Source: a virus
Taxonomy: Duplodnaviria > Heunggongvirae > Uroviricota > Caudoviricetes
Direction: 5' to 3' (one strand)
Virus record (IMG/VR): IMGVR_UViG_3300044991_001838
Coordinates: 64,001 to 128,000 of that record
Length of the DNA: 64,000 bases
Under the pieces are notes generated by a model. That model was not told the origin of the DNA. It made no database searches and saw nothing but the letters and a program-made list of their open reading frames with translations. The position numbers were made by a program, and so were the translations under genes. Position 1 is the first letter of the stretch. Every line of letters starts with the position of its first letter. This document shows positions 27,975-36,375 of the stretch, piece after piece.

Positions 27975-28553
27975 ATGTTGACAGGAAAAACAATTAGCGA
28001 ATTACCACAATTAACAGGAGTGACCGATACTATGGTACTACCCGTAGAATTAAGTGGAGTGACTTATCATGTTGATTATGTTCAGATTGCACATAAAGCA
28101 AATGCTGCCTACTATAATACCGAGACACAAATAGTTTCTGGGTCTAATACACCATCAATTGTATTACTAAACACTATTGTAAATGAATCAAATATTAGAT
28201 TGGTTAACAATTCAAAAATTTATGTTGACTTAGACGGTACCTACCAATTGGGAGTATCTTATCAATTAGGGAAAGCAACACTTGCAGGTGGTGCAGCAAC
28301 AATTGTTTTTTGGGTTAGAGTTGATGGTGTTGATGTAACAGATAGTGCAGGGGAAATTGTTTTAGTTAATAATACAGATAAAACATTACCTTTTATCCCA
28401 TATTATTTTGATTTAACCGCTGGTCAATACATTGAACTTGTCTTTGCATCGGCGGATGACACCGCTAAAGTCTTCACCGTACCCGCTTCATCATCACCAT
28501 ATGTTAGACCTTTAATTCCATCGACATATGTTACAATAAACCAATTATCTTAA
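27975..28553 (+). CDS. Putative virion protein with ISELP N-motif and C1q/BclA-C-like domain (paralogue of 26242)
   Basis: KTISELPQL; GTYQLGVSYQL...FWVRVDG...YFDLTAGQYIELVF; both end in RP.IPS. Confidence 0.55.
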   Translation: MLTGKTISELPQLTGVTDTMVLPVELSGVTYHVDYVQIAHKANAAYYNTETQIVSGSNTPSIVLLNTIVNESNIRLVNNSKIYVDLDGTYQLGVSYQLGKATLAGGAATIVFWVRVDGVDVTDSAGEIVLVNNTDKTLPFIPYYFDLTAGQYIELVFASADDTAKVFTVPASSSPYVRPLIPSTYVTINQLS

Positions 28554-28638
28554 TAATAGGTAATAAAAATATAAAATTTAAACCCTATTTAATAAATTAG
28601 AATAAATCGTAGTATTTATAAGAAAATAGAAATATACC

Positions 28639-30549
28639 ATGGCATGTAGTAAATATACTTTAACGAACACCGGTTCAACAATTGTGAACTTTAATTATAG
28701 AAGATGCGATGACTCTCTTTGGGAGTATCAAGTTGAATTGAACCCTAACCAAACAAAAAACATTTGGTTAATTAATAATACATATTCAATATCTCCTGTT
28801 TATGTTAATTCGGTTTCTTTGTTTAATCAAGGTGCGTTTCCTCCTGTTGGTCAAACGGCAACGCCAACTCCAACTGCGACTCAAACCCCAACTATAACTC
28901 CAACTCAAACTCAAACTCCTACGCCGAGTACGACTGCGACTCAAACCCCAACTCAAACTGGAACACCAACTCAAACTCCTACTAATACGCAAACTCAAAC
29001 TCAAACTCCTACTAACACCGAAACTCCAACTCAAACTCAAACCCCTACTAACACCGAAACTCCAACTCAAACTCCAACTCAAACACCAACCCAAACTCAA
29101 ACACAAACTCCAACTAATACAGAAACCCCAACTCAAACTCAAACTCCAACTAACACAGAAACTCCAACTCAAACACAAACACAAACAGTGACAGGAACGG
29201 CGAATGTAACTCCAACAGTAACTCCAACTCAAACTCAAACACCAACTTCACCTCTTCAAGTATTTAACATATTTTCAGGAGACAGTTCAAATGAAGCTTG
29301 TAATTCTGGAATTTCAACAACACTATACGCATTTAATCCAACATTTGATGCAAATACTCAATTCTATAATGACCCATCAGGAATTGTTACAATTGATTTA
29401 ACAGGATTCTATAGTAACAATTCATCTGTTACTGAATTAAGTTCAGGTGGAACTCAACTAGGGTTCTATAGTCTTTGCTCATTATTACCAACTTCAACTC
29501 CAACAGCGACAACTACTCAAACACCTACAAATACACCAACACAAACAACAACACCAACAGCAACATTTGGTTATTATACCTATAGTTTAGGTACGGGTAG
29601 CACAACAAATGAAGCATGTGCTGATTTTAGTTCAGCCCCTAATACAGTTTATGGAACAGTTGCGGGTGGAGTAGGACCAAATTTAGGTGAATACTTATAC
29701 GTTAATACATCATTGACAACACCTGTTGCTGATGGTTATTACTCTAACGGTGTTGATTGGTATCAAGTATCAGGTGGAGCAGGACAAATTACTACAACAG
29801 ACCCTAATGGATGTGTGGGATTAATTACTCCAACTCCAACATCAAGTAATACTCCAACCCCTACAGAAACACCAACTAATACACCAACAGTAACAGAGAC
29901 ACCAACAGGAACACCAACCCAAACACCAACTAATACTGAAACTTCAACACCAACTCCAACTCAAACACCAACTCCAACATCTCCTCTTTTCGCATTTAAT
30001 GTGTTCTCAGGAAGTACTTCAAATACTGCATGTACGTCTGGAGTTGCAATAACACTACACGGATTTAACGCATTGTTTGACGCAAATACTCAATTCTATA
30101 ATAATTCAGACGGAACTGTTACGATTGATTTAGCAGGTTTCTTTAGTGATGGAACATCTGTTACACAATTAAGTTCAGGTGGAGCTCAAATAGGTTCTTT
30201 CACACTTTGTTCAGTAGTACCGACAGTAACTCCAACAGTAACTCAAACTTCAACACCAACAATGACACCAACACAAACAACAACACCAACAGCTACATTT
30301 GGTTATTACACTTATAGTTTAGGTACAGGTACAACGGCAAATTTAGCATGTATTGACTTTGGTTCCGCACCTAACACAATTTACGGAACAGTTGCAGGTG
30401 GTGTAGGTCCTAATGTTAGTGAATATTTATATGTTAATACTGCACTAACAATCCCAGTAACGAATGGTTATTACTCTAACGGTGTAGCTTGGTATCAAGT
30501 AACAGGTGGTGCAGGACAAATTACCTCATCAGACCCTAACGGTTGTTAA
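28639..30549 (+). CDS. Mucin-like Thr/Pro-rich putative virion protein with duplicated Cys-bounded modules
   Basis: About 130-aa (xT)n tract, then A-B-A'-B' modules. Confidence 0.7.
   Translation: MACSKYTLTNTGSTIVNFNYRRCDDSLWEYQVELNPNQTKNIWLINNTYSISPVYVNSVSLFNQGAFPPVGQTATPTPTATQTPTITPTQTQTPTPSTTATQTPTQTGTPTQTPTNTQTQTQTPTNTETPTQTQTPTNTETPTQTPTQTPTQTQTQTPTNTETPTQTQTPTNTETPTQTQTQTVTGTANVTPTVTPTQTQTPTSPLQVFNIFSGDSSNEACNSGISTTLYAFNPTFDANTQFYNDPSGIVTIDLTGFYSNNSSVTELSSGGTQLGFYSLCSLLPTSTPTATTTQTPTNTPTQTTTPTATFGYYTYSLGTGSTTNEACADFSSAPNTVYGTVAGGVGPNLGEYLYVNTSLTTPVADGYYSNGVDWYQVSGGAGQITTTDPNGCVGLITPTPTSSNTPTPTETPTNTPTVTETPTGTPTQTPTNTETSTPTPTQTPTPTSPLFAFNVFSGSTSNTACTSGVAITLHGFNALFDANTQFYNNSDGTVTIDLAGFFSDGTSVTQLSSGGAQIGSFTLCSVVPTVTPTVTQTSTPTMTPTQTTTPTATFGYYTYSLGTGTTANLACIDFGSAPNTIYGTVAGGVGPNVSEYLYVNTALTIPVTNGYYSNGVAWYQVTGGAGQITSSDPNGC
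29242..30546 (+). repeat. Internal 573-bp duplication (29242-29814 and 29974-30546)
   Basis: Both units run PTSPL...DPNGC and are equal in length. Confidence 0.9.
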
Positions 30550-30580
30550 TAATTTAAAATAAAAATAAAATATATTATTC

Positions 30581-30610
30581 AAAACCCTCGACATTCTCGG
30601 GGGTTTTTTT
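30581..30610 (+). terminator. Intrinsic terminator
   Basis: aaaaccctcga-cattc-tcgggggtttt hairpin plus T-tract. Confidence 0.75.
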
Positions 30611-30635
30611 ATGTTTATCATAAAATATACAATAT

Positions 30636-31901
30636 ATGAAAATTTTTATTCAGATTGCGTCCTATCGAGACCCACAATTAGTACCAACTATTAAAGATAT
30701 GTTGGCAAACGCCAAAAGACCCAAAAATTTAGTGTTGTCAATTGCAAGACAATTTGCTGAAGAAGACGGGTTTGATAACTTAGATGAATATAGAGATGAT
30801 AAGAGATTTAAAATCTTAGATATCCCATATCAAGAAGCCAAAGGAGTTTGTTGGGCAAGAAACTTAACTCAACAACTTTATGACGGTGAAACATATACCT
30901 TACAAATTGATTCTCATATGAGATTTGTTAAGGATTGGGATGATATCCTAATCAAAATGATTAAGGGTCTACAAAAAGATGGTTATAAGAAGCCTCTACT
31001 TACGGGTTATGTACCATCTTTTGACCCTGAAAATGACCCAGCAGGAAGGTCTCAAGAAGCTTGGAGAATGGTGTTTGATAGATTTATTCCTGAAGGAGCA
31101 GTATTCTTCTTACCTGAAACAATTCCAGGTTGGAAAGAAATGAAAAAACCTGTTACCGCAAGATTCTATTCTGCCCACTTCTGTTTTACATTAGGAGAAT
31201 TTTCAAAAGAAGTTCAACACAACCCTGAATATTATTTCCACGGAGAAGAGATTTCAATTGCTGCTAGAGCTTACACTTGGGGTTATGATTTATTCCATAC
31301 TCACATACCTGTTGTTTACCACGAATACACTCGTAAAGGTAGAACAAAACAATGGGACGATGATAAAACTTGGGGTGATAAAAACAAACATTCTCACCAT
31401 ACAAATAGAAAACTATTTGGAATGGATGGTGAAAAACAAGAAGGACATGATGGACCTTACGGATTTGGAACTGTTAGGACTTTAAAAGATTATGAAAAAT
31501 ATTCAGGTCTTTTATTTGAAAAGAGAGCAATTGACAAATATACTTTAGATAAAAATTATCCACCAAACCCATATAACTTTGAAACAGAACAAGAATGGAA
31601 AGATAGTTTCTGTATGGTGTTTAAACATTGTATTGATATTGGATATTCTCAAGTTACTGAAACTGATTATGACTTTTGGGTTGTTGCGTTCCACGGTAAA
31701 GAAGATAAAACATTATTTAGAAAAGATGCCGATAAGAATGAAATTGCAGGATTTATGAGAGACCCTGATAAATATTGTAAAGTTTGGAGAGATTTTCAAA
31801 CAGACGAATTACCAGAATACTGGGTTGTGTGGCCACACTCAGAATCAAAAGGGTGGTGTGATAGAATTACAGGTCAATTAAACCACAATGTTGTAAGTTA
31901 A
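30636..31901 (+). CDS. GT60-like polypeptide/hydroxyproline N-acetylglucosaminyltransferase
   Basis: IFIQIASYRD, AKGVCWARN, LQIDSHMRFVKDWD (DSH motif), YFHGEEISIAARAYTWGYD. Confidence 0.8.
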   Translation: MKIFIQIASYRDPQLVPTIKDMLANAKRPKNLVLSIARQFAEEDGFDNLDEYRDDKRFKILDIPYQEAKGVCWARNLTQQLYDGETYTLQIDSHMRFVKDWDDILIKMIKGLQKDGYKKPLLTGYVPSFDPENDPAGRSQEAWRMVFDRFIPEGAVFFLPETIPGWKEMKKPVTARFYSAHFCFTLGEFSKEVQHNPEYYFHGEEISIAARAYTWGYDLFHTHIPVVYHEYTRKGRTKQWDDDKTWGDKNKHSHHTNRKLFGMDGEKQEGHDGPYGFGTVRTLKDYEKYSGLLFEKRAIDKYTLDKNYPPNPYNFETEQEWKDSFCMVFKHCIDIGYSQVTETDYDFWVVAFHGKEDKTLFRKDADKNEIAGFMRDPDKYCKVWRDFQTDELPEYWVVWPHSESKGWCDRITGQLNHNVVS

Positions 31902-32635
31902 TGAATATTACCGATATACCTAAATTTATTGTTAATTTAGAAAGAAGACCTGACCGATTAGAACACATCAAAAAAGAGATGGAATATATCGGTTGGGATT
32001 ATGAAATATTTAAAGCGGTTGATTTAAATAATCATGGGGGGTGTACATTATCCCATGTAGAAATATTAAAAATTGCTAAAGAAAGAGGTTATGAATCAGT
32101 AATGGTTATTGAGGATGATTGTACATTCTTACCATATTCAAAAGATTTGATAAATAAAATTGAAACTGAAACAGGTGAATTTGAATTTGGGATTATTAAT
32201 CTTGCTCCCACTTTAAATAGACCTGTAAATCGTAGTGAGGAATTACCGTTATTTTTAGACATAACAAATCTTCCACCAAAAAAAGAACACGAACGAGGGA
32301 TATTTGCAACTAATATGATATTATATCATAAGTCAATTTATGATAATGTTATTGAAATGGAGAAACCTGAAATTTTAGGGTATTATGCTATTGATGATTA
32401 TATCTATCAATTTATTTTACCAATCAAACAAAGTTATTCTCCAATATTACCAATCGCCCCTCAAATGAGTAGTTGGTCCGATGTATCTCAGGGTCAGTAT
32501 AATAATTTTTATACTCAAACTTATAATTGGAATGGGTATAGTCCTTGTAAAATACCTTCGGAATATTTAAACGGAACATTAACACAAGATTTAAAAAACA
32601 ATAAAGAACACAAACAATTTACATATGTCAGTTAA
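31901..32635 (+). CDS. Glycosyltransferase family 25
   Basis: IVNLERRPDR, GCTLSH, VIEDD. Confidence 0.8.
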   Translation: MNITDIPKFIVNLERRPDRLEHIKKEMEYIGWDYEIFKAVDLNNHGGCTLSHVEILKIAKERGYESVMVIEDDCTFLPYSKDLINKIETETGEFEFGIINLAPTLNRPVNRSEELPLFLDITNLPPKKEHERGIFATNMILYHKSIYDNVIEMEKPEILGYYAIDDYIYQFILPIKQSYSPILPIAPQMSSWSDVSQGQYNNFYTQTYNWNGYSPCKIPSEYLNGTLTQDLKNNKEHKQFTYVS

Positions 32636-33512
32636 AGTTAAATTTATTACATCAATTTATAGTGATTTATATGGTACAGAATTTGGAGGTAGAATGAGTA
32701 GGGGAGGGCACTATAGTTATAGTTTACTTTCTTTATTAAAAATGACCGACGCAGATTTTTTATGCTATACCTCAGATAGAGAAATAGAACCATTAAAACA
32801 ATTTTTTTATGAGACCCATTCAATATCTCCTGAAAAATTAAAATTTGAAATTTTTGATATTTCAAAAACAAAATTCCAACATTTAATTGAAGAATATAAA
32901 GATGTTGAAATGACTAAAAGGTCTGATAGATGTGTTGAAATTCAATACTCTAAATTTCATTGGTGGTGGAACGAAGATAAGTCCTACGATTATTATTATT
33001 GGATTGACGCAGGATTATCTCATTGTGGGTTAGTACCTAACAAATATTTAAGTGGAACTCATCCTGAACAAAGATATTATGAATGTAGTTTATTTAATAA
33101 TGATTTCTTACATAATATGATTGAAGATACTGGTGATAAATTCTTAATTATTGGTAAAGATAACGATAGAAACTTTTGGTCTCAAACTTTAGACCCAAAA
33201 TGGTACACAGAGTATGATAGGTCTCTTCATATTATAGGAGGATTGTTTGGTGGCCATAGAGATAAATGGGATAAAATAGTTAATATGTTTGAAGACTATG
33301 CGGAAAAAACTATTGTTGATGCAAAAAATTTACATCACGAAGAACCAATTATGACTTTGATGTATTTTAACCATAAAGAATTATTTGAAAGAAAACATTT
33401 TGATATTTGGTGGTGTAGAGATAATGCACCCGCAGGAGTAACGGATGAAATGTTTACATTAAACATAAGCTTTTTTAAAATTTTAGAAGAATTAAATAGA
33501 ATATATGAGTAA
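32625..33512 (+). CDS. HtrL/YibB (WlaTC-like) putative glycosyltransferase
   Basis: KFITSIY, YSKF, YYYWIDAGL, IIGGLFGG, EEPIM. Confidence 0.65.
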   Translation: MSVKVKFITSIYSDLYGTEFGGRMSRGGHYSYSLLSLLKMTDADFLCYTSDREIEPLKQFFYETHSISPEKLKFEIFDISKTKFQHLIEEYKDVEMTKRSDRCVEIQYSKFHWWWNEDKSYDYYYWIDAGLSHCGLVPNKYLSGTHPEQRYYECSLFNNDFLHNMIEDTGDKFLIIGKDNDRNFWSQTLDPKWYTEYDRSLHIIGGLFGGHRDKWDKIVNMFEDYAEKTIVDAKNLHHEEPIMTLMYFNHKELFERKHFDIWWCRDNAPAGVTDEMFTLNISFFKILEELNRIYE

Positions 33513-35178
33513 TATAACTTTAGTAACGGGTATTTGGGATATAGGTAGAGGAAACCTAACAGAGGGATGGAGTAGACCATTCCAACATTATTTAGACAAA
33601 TTTGAAAAATTATTAGAGGTTGAAGAAAACCTTATAATTTTTGGTGATGAAGAATTAAGAGAATTTGTTTTCCAAAAAAGAAAACACGAAAATACACAGT
33701 TTATTGTTAGACCTTTAAGTTGGTTTACAGATTCAGAGTTTTTTCCTTTAATTCAAAACATTAGGACTAACCCTGAATGGTATAATCAAGTTGGTTGGTT
33801 ATCAGAGTCAACTCAAGCAAAATTAGATAATTACAATCCTTTGGTGATGTCTAAAGTTTTTTTATTAAATGATGCCAGAATTATGGACCAATTTAATTCA
33901 GAATATATGTTTTGGATTGATGGTGGATTAACAAATACGGTACATCCAGGATATTTTACACATGATAAAGTTTTAGACAAGTTATCAAAATATGTTTCTA
34001 AATTTTCATTTGTTAGTTTTCCATACGATGCAGAGACTGAAATACACGGGTTTAATTACCCAAAATTAAATGAATATGCAGGAAACAAAGTAACTAAAGT
34101 TTCTCGAGGAGGATTTTTTGGTGGACCAACACATACAATCTCAGATATTAATGGGATATATTATGGGTTATTAAAATCTACATTACAAGAGGGGTATATG
34201 GGTACTGAAGAATCAATCTTTAGTATTATGTCATATAAACATTCTGATTTAATTAACTATTTTGAAATAGAATCAAATGGATTAATTGGTGGGTTTTTTG
34301 AAAGTTTAAAAAACGATGAACTTAAAGTAAAAAATGAAAATGGGACTAAAGAAATTAATTCATTGGACACAGGTAAAGTTGGATTATATGTCATTACCTT
34401 TAATAGTCCAAAACAATTTAGAACTCTTATTGATTCTATGTTGGCGTATGACGGAGATTACATTTTAAAAACTAAAAAGTTTTTATTAGATAACTCTTCT
34501 GATTTATCAACTACTGAAGAATATTTGAAAATTTGTGAGGAATATGGGTTTGAACATATTAAGAAAGATAATTTAGGTATATGTGGAGGAAGACAATGGA
34601 TTGCAGAACATTTTGAAGAAACAGATTTAGACTATTATTTGTTTTTTGAAGATGATATGTTTTTTTATCCAAATGAAGGTGCCGTTTGTAGAAATGGATT
34701 TAGCAGATATGTACCAAACTTATATTCAAAATCTTTAGAAATAATGAAAAAAGAAAACTTTGATTTCTTAAAGATGAATTATTCTGAGTTCTATGGTGAT
34801 AATGGAACCCAATGGGCGTGGTACAATGTACCTCAATCAGTTAGAGATGAATTTTGGCCGGGTAAACCAAGACTTCCTGAGATGGGACTTGACCCTAATG
34901 CACCAAAAACCAAATTTAACTCGGTATTATCACACAAAAGTATTCCATACGCTGTTGGTGAAGTTTACTATTGTAATTGGCCTCAAATTGTTAGTAGACC
35001 TGGTAATAAAAAAATGTTCTTGGATACAACATGGGCACACCCATTTGAACAAACTTGGATGAGTCATATGTATCAATTGGTTAAAAAAGATGAATTGTAT
35101 CCAGGTTTATTACTTATGACACCAACAGAGCATGATAGATTTGAACATTATAGTAGAGAGTTGAGAAAAGAATCATAA
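33505..35178 (+). CDS. HtrL/YibB domain fused to GT2-like domain
   Basis: TLVTGIWDIGR, SKVFLL, FWIDGG, GGFFGG, TEESIF; C-half LLDNSSD, NLGICGGR, FFEDD. Confidence 0.7.
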   Translation: MSNITLVTGIWDIGRGNLTEGWSRPFQHYLDKFEKLLEVEENLIIFGDEELREFVFQKRKHENTQFIVRPLSWFTDSEFFPLIQNIRTNPEWYNQVGWLSESTQAKLDNYNPLVMSKVFLLNDARIMDQFNSEYMFWIDGGLTNTVHPGYFTHDKVLDKLSKYVSKFSFVSFPYDAETEIHGFNYPKLNEYAGNKVTKVSRGGFFGGPTHTISDINGIYYGLLKSTLQEGYMGTEESIFSIMSYKHSDLINYFEIESNGLIGGFFESLKNDELKVKNENGTKEINSLDTGKVGLYVITFNSPKQFRTLIDSMLAYDGDYILKTKKFLLDNSSDLSTTEEYLKICEEYGFEHIKKDNLGICGGRQWIAEHFEETDLDYYLFFEDDMFFYPNEGAVCRNGFSRYVPNLYSKSLEIMKKENFDFLKMNYSEFYGDNGTQWAWYNVPQSVRDEFWPGKPRLPEMGLDPNAPKTKFNSVLSHKSIPYAVGEVYYCNWPQIVSRPGNKKMFLDTTWAHPFEQTWMSHMYQLVKKDELYPGLLLMTPTEHDRFEHYSRELRKES

Positions 35179-35194
35179 CAGTATATTTATTGTT

Positions 35195-35572
35195 ATGGAA
35201 TTTTATATTAAAAAGAATGCAACATTACCTGTGTTAAAAATGCAGGTAGTTAAAGATGGTAGGGCCGGTTACATGCAACTAATGCAAGACTTGGAGGTCT
35301 CTACTATTTTTTTTACTATGATTGAAGAGGAGACAGGTATTCCTAAAATTGTCTCCGCTCCTGCTGAAATAGTTAATTTAATTTTACCTGAAGGTTCTGA
35401 CCCCGAATATTATATCTATTTTAAATTTACAGAAAGAGATACAAATACACCGGGTCGATATCAAGGACAATTTTTAATTAAAAACGACGAAGGAAATTTA
35501 ATTCTTCCGATTAGAGAAGAACTTTATATTAATATCCAAGATAGTTTTATTTCAGAAACTGCTTGTTGTTAA
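35195..35572 (+). CDS. BppU-N-like virion structural protein
   Basis: FYIKKNATLP.L...DTNTPGRYQGQF; preceded by TATTTAT. Confidence 0.5.
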   Translation: MEFYIKKNATLPVLKMQVVKDGRAGYMQLMQDLEVSTIFFTMIEEETGIPKIVSAPAEIVNLILPEGSDPEYYIYFKFTERDTNTPGRYQGQFLIKNDEGNLILPIREELYINIQDSFISETACC

Positions 35573-35575
35573 CTT

Positions 35576-36061
35576 ATGAAACTAACTAATTTATTAACAA
35601 AGATAATTTTAGAGGAAGTAGGTACTACTATTCCTGTTACTAAATTTGTAACTGATGGTTATTTGATAACACTTAATGCCAGTAAACATCAGTGGAAAGA
35701 TAGACAAGGAAGTAAATCTCTTGAAGATATTGTTGAAATATATGAGGATAATTTTTTAAACAATCCTAAATTTTATGATAGAGTTGGCGTTCCAAACAGG
35801 TTAATTAAAAATGTATTTATTAATGATTTTTATATTATTAAAAAAAGGATGTCAAATTTAAATAATCCCAAAAATTCAGTGGTTTTTATAAAAGAAGTTG
35901 GTGATGAATTAAATTTACCTCAATATATGAATTTTATTGAATTTTTGTTATTCACGGAAGACTTAATAAACTATACAATAGTTACTTCCGTATTTTCAGA
36001 ATATGGTGATTACCTAAAAACTTTTGGAAAAACTAAAAATAGTCCAAGATTTATGTTGTAG
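35576..36061 (+). CDS. Hypothetical protein
   Basis: 161 aa ORF; MKLTNLLTKIILE leader. Confidence 0.6.
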   Translation: MKLTNLLTKIILEEVGTTIPVTKFVTDGYLITLNASKHQWKDRQGSKSLEDIVEIYEDNFLNNPKFYDRVGVPNRLIKNVFINDFYIIKKRMSNLNNPKNSVVFIKEVGDELNLPQYMNFIEFLLFTEDLINYTIVTSVFSEYGDYLKTFGKTKNSPRFML

Positions 36062-36077
36062 GTTTAAAATAGTTTAC

Positions 36078-36085
36078 TATCTTTG
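36078..36085 (+). promoter_or_regulatory. Bacteroidetes -7 promoter element TATCTTTG
   Basis: TAnnTTTG with GTTG 19 nt upstream. Confidence 0.6.
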
Positions 36086-36122
36086 TACTCAATAACAACA
36101 ACCCCTAACACCCACAGAAATC

Positions 36123-36236
36123 ATGACAACAGTAACTTTCACAATGCAAGAAATATGGGCAGCTTCAAGACCATCAATTCAAAAAAGTAAAAAAACTTAC
36201 AATAGAAAACCAAAACACAACATCAACAAATATTAA
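36123..36236 (+). CDS. Small basic protein (37 aa)
   Basis: MTTVTFTMQEIWAASRPSIQKSKKTYNRKPKHNINKY, between its own promoter and terminator. Confidence 0.6.
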   Translation: MTTVTFTMQEIWAASRPSIQKSKKTYNRKPKHNINKY

Positions 36237-36242
36237 TGAATG

Positions 36243-36269
36243 ACCCAACATAAAAGTGTTGGGTTTTTT
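36243..36269 (+). terminator. Intrinsic terminator
   Basis: acccaaca-taaaag-tgttgggt followed by T-run. Confidence 0.75.
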
Positions 36270-36280
36270 AGTTAATAGAA

Positions 36281-36311
36281 TTTGACTAACCATTTTAATT
36301 TTCTATATTTG
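36281..36311 (+). promoter_or_regulatory. Bacteroidetes sigma-A promoter for DNA polymerase
   Basis: TTTG (36281-36284), N19, TATATTTG (36304-36311). Confidence 0.7.
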
Positions 36312-36375
36312 TATACAATGAGTAAGGTGAACTTCACAATGACGTGATTGCCAATAAACCACTCCTACACAAAAT

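Noticed and set aside
28786-29238. Minus-strand ORFs rich in S/W/L/C or V/G (also 24456-24677 and 25102-25287)
   Set aside because: Antisense shadows of the Thr/Pro repeats, which lack stops on the opposite strand.
24427-29241. Repeat arrays as possible CRISPR
   Set aside because: In-frame degenerate codon repeats with no constant repeat/unique spacer structure and no cas genes.
29242-30546. 573-bp duplication as a DGR template/variable repeat pair
   Set aside because: Differences are not confined to adenines, both copies are coding in one ORF, and no reverse transcriptase is in the window.
1029-35178. GTs as DNA hypermodification enzymes
   Set aside because: No dNMP hydroxymethylase or TET/JBP gene is seen here, and the families (GT10, GT11, GT25, GT60) are glycan or protein directed. 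Not excluded for the rest of the genome.
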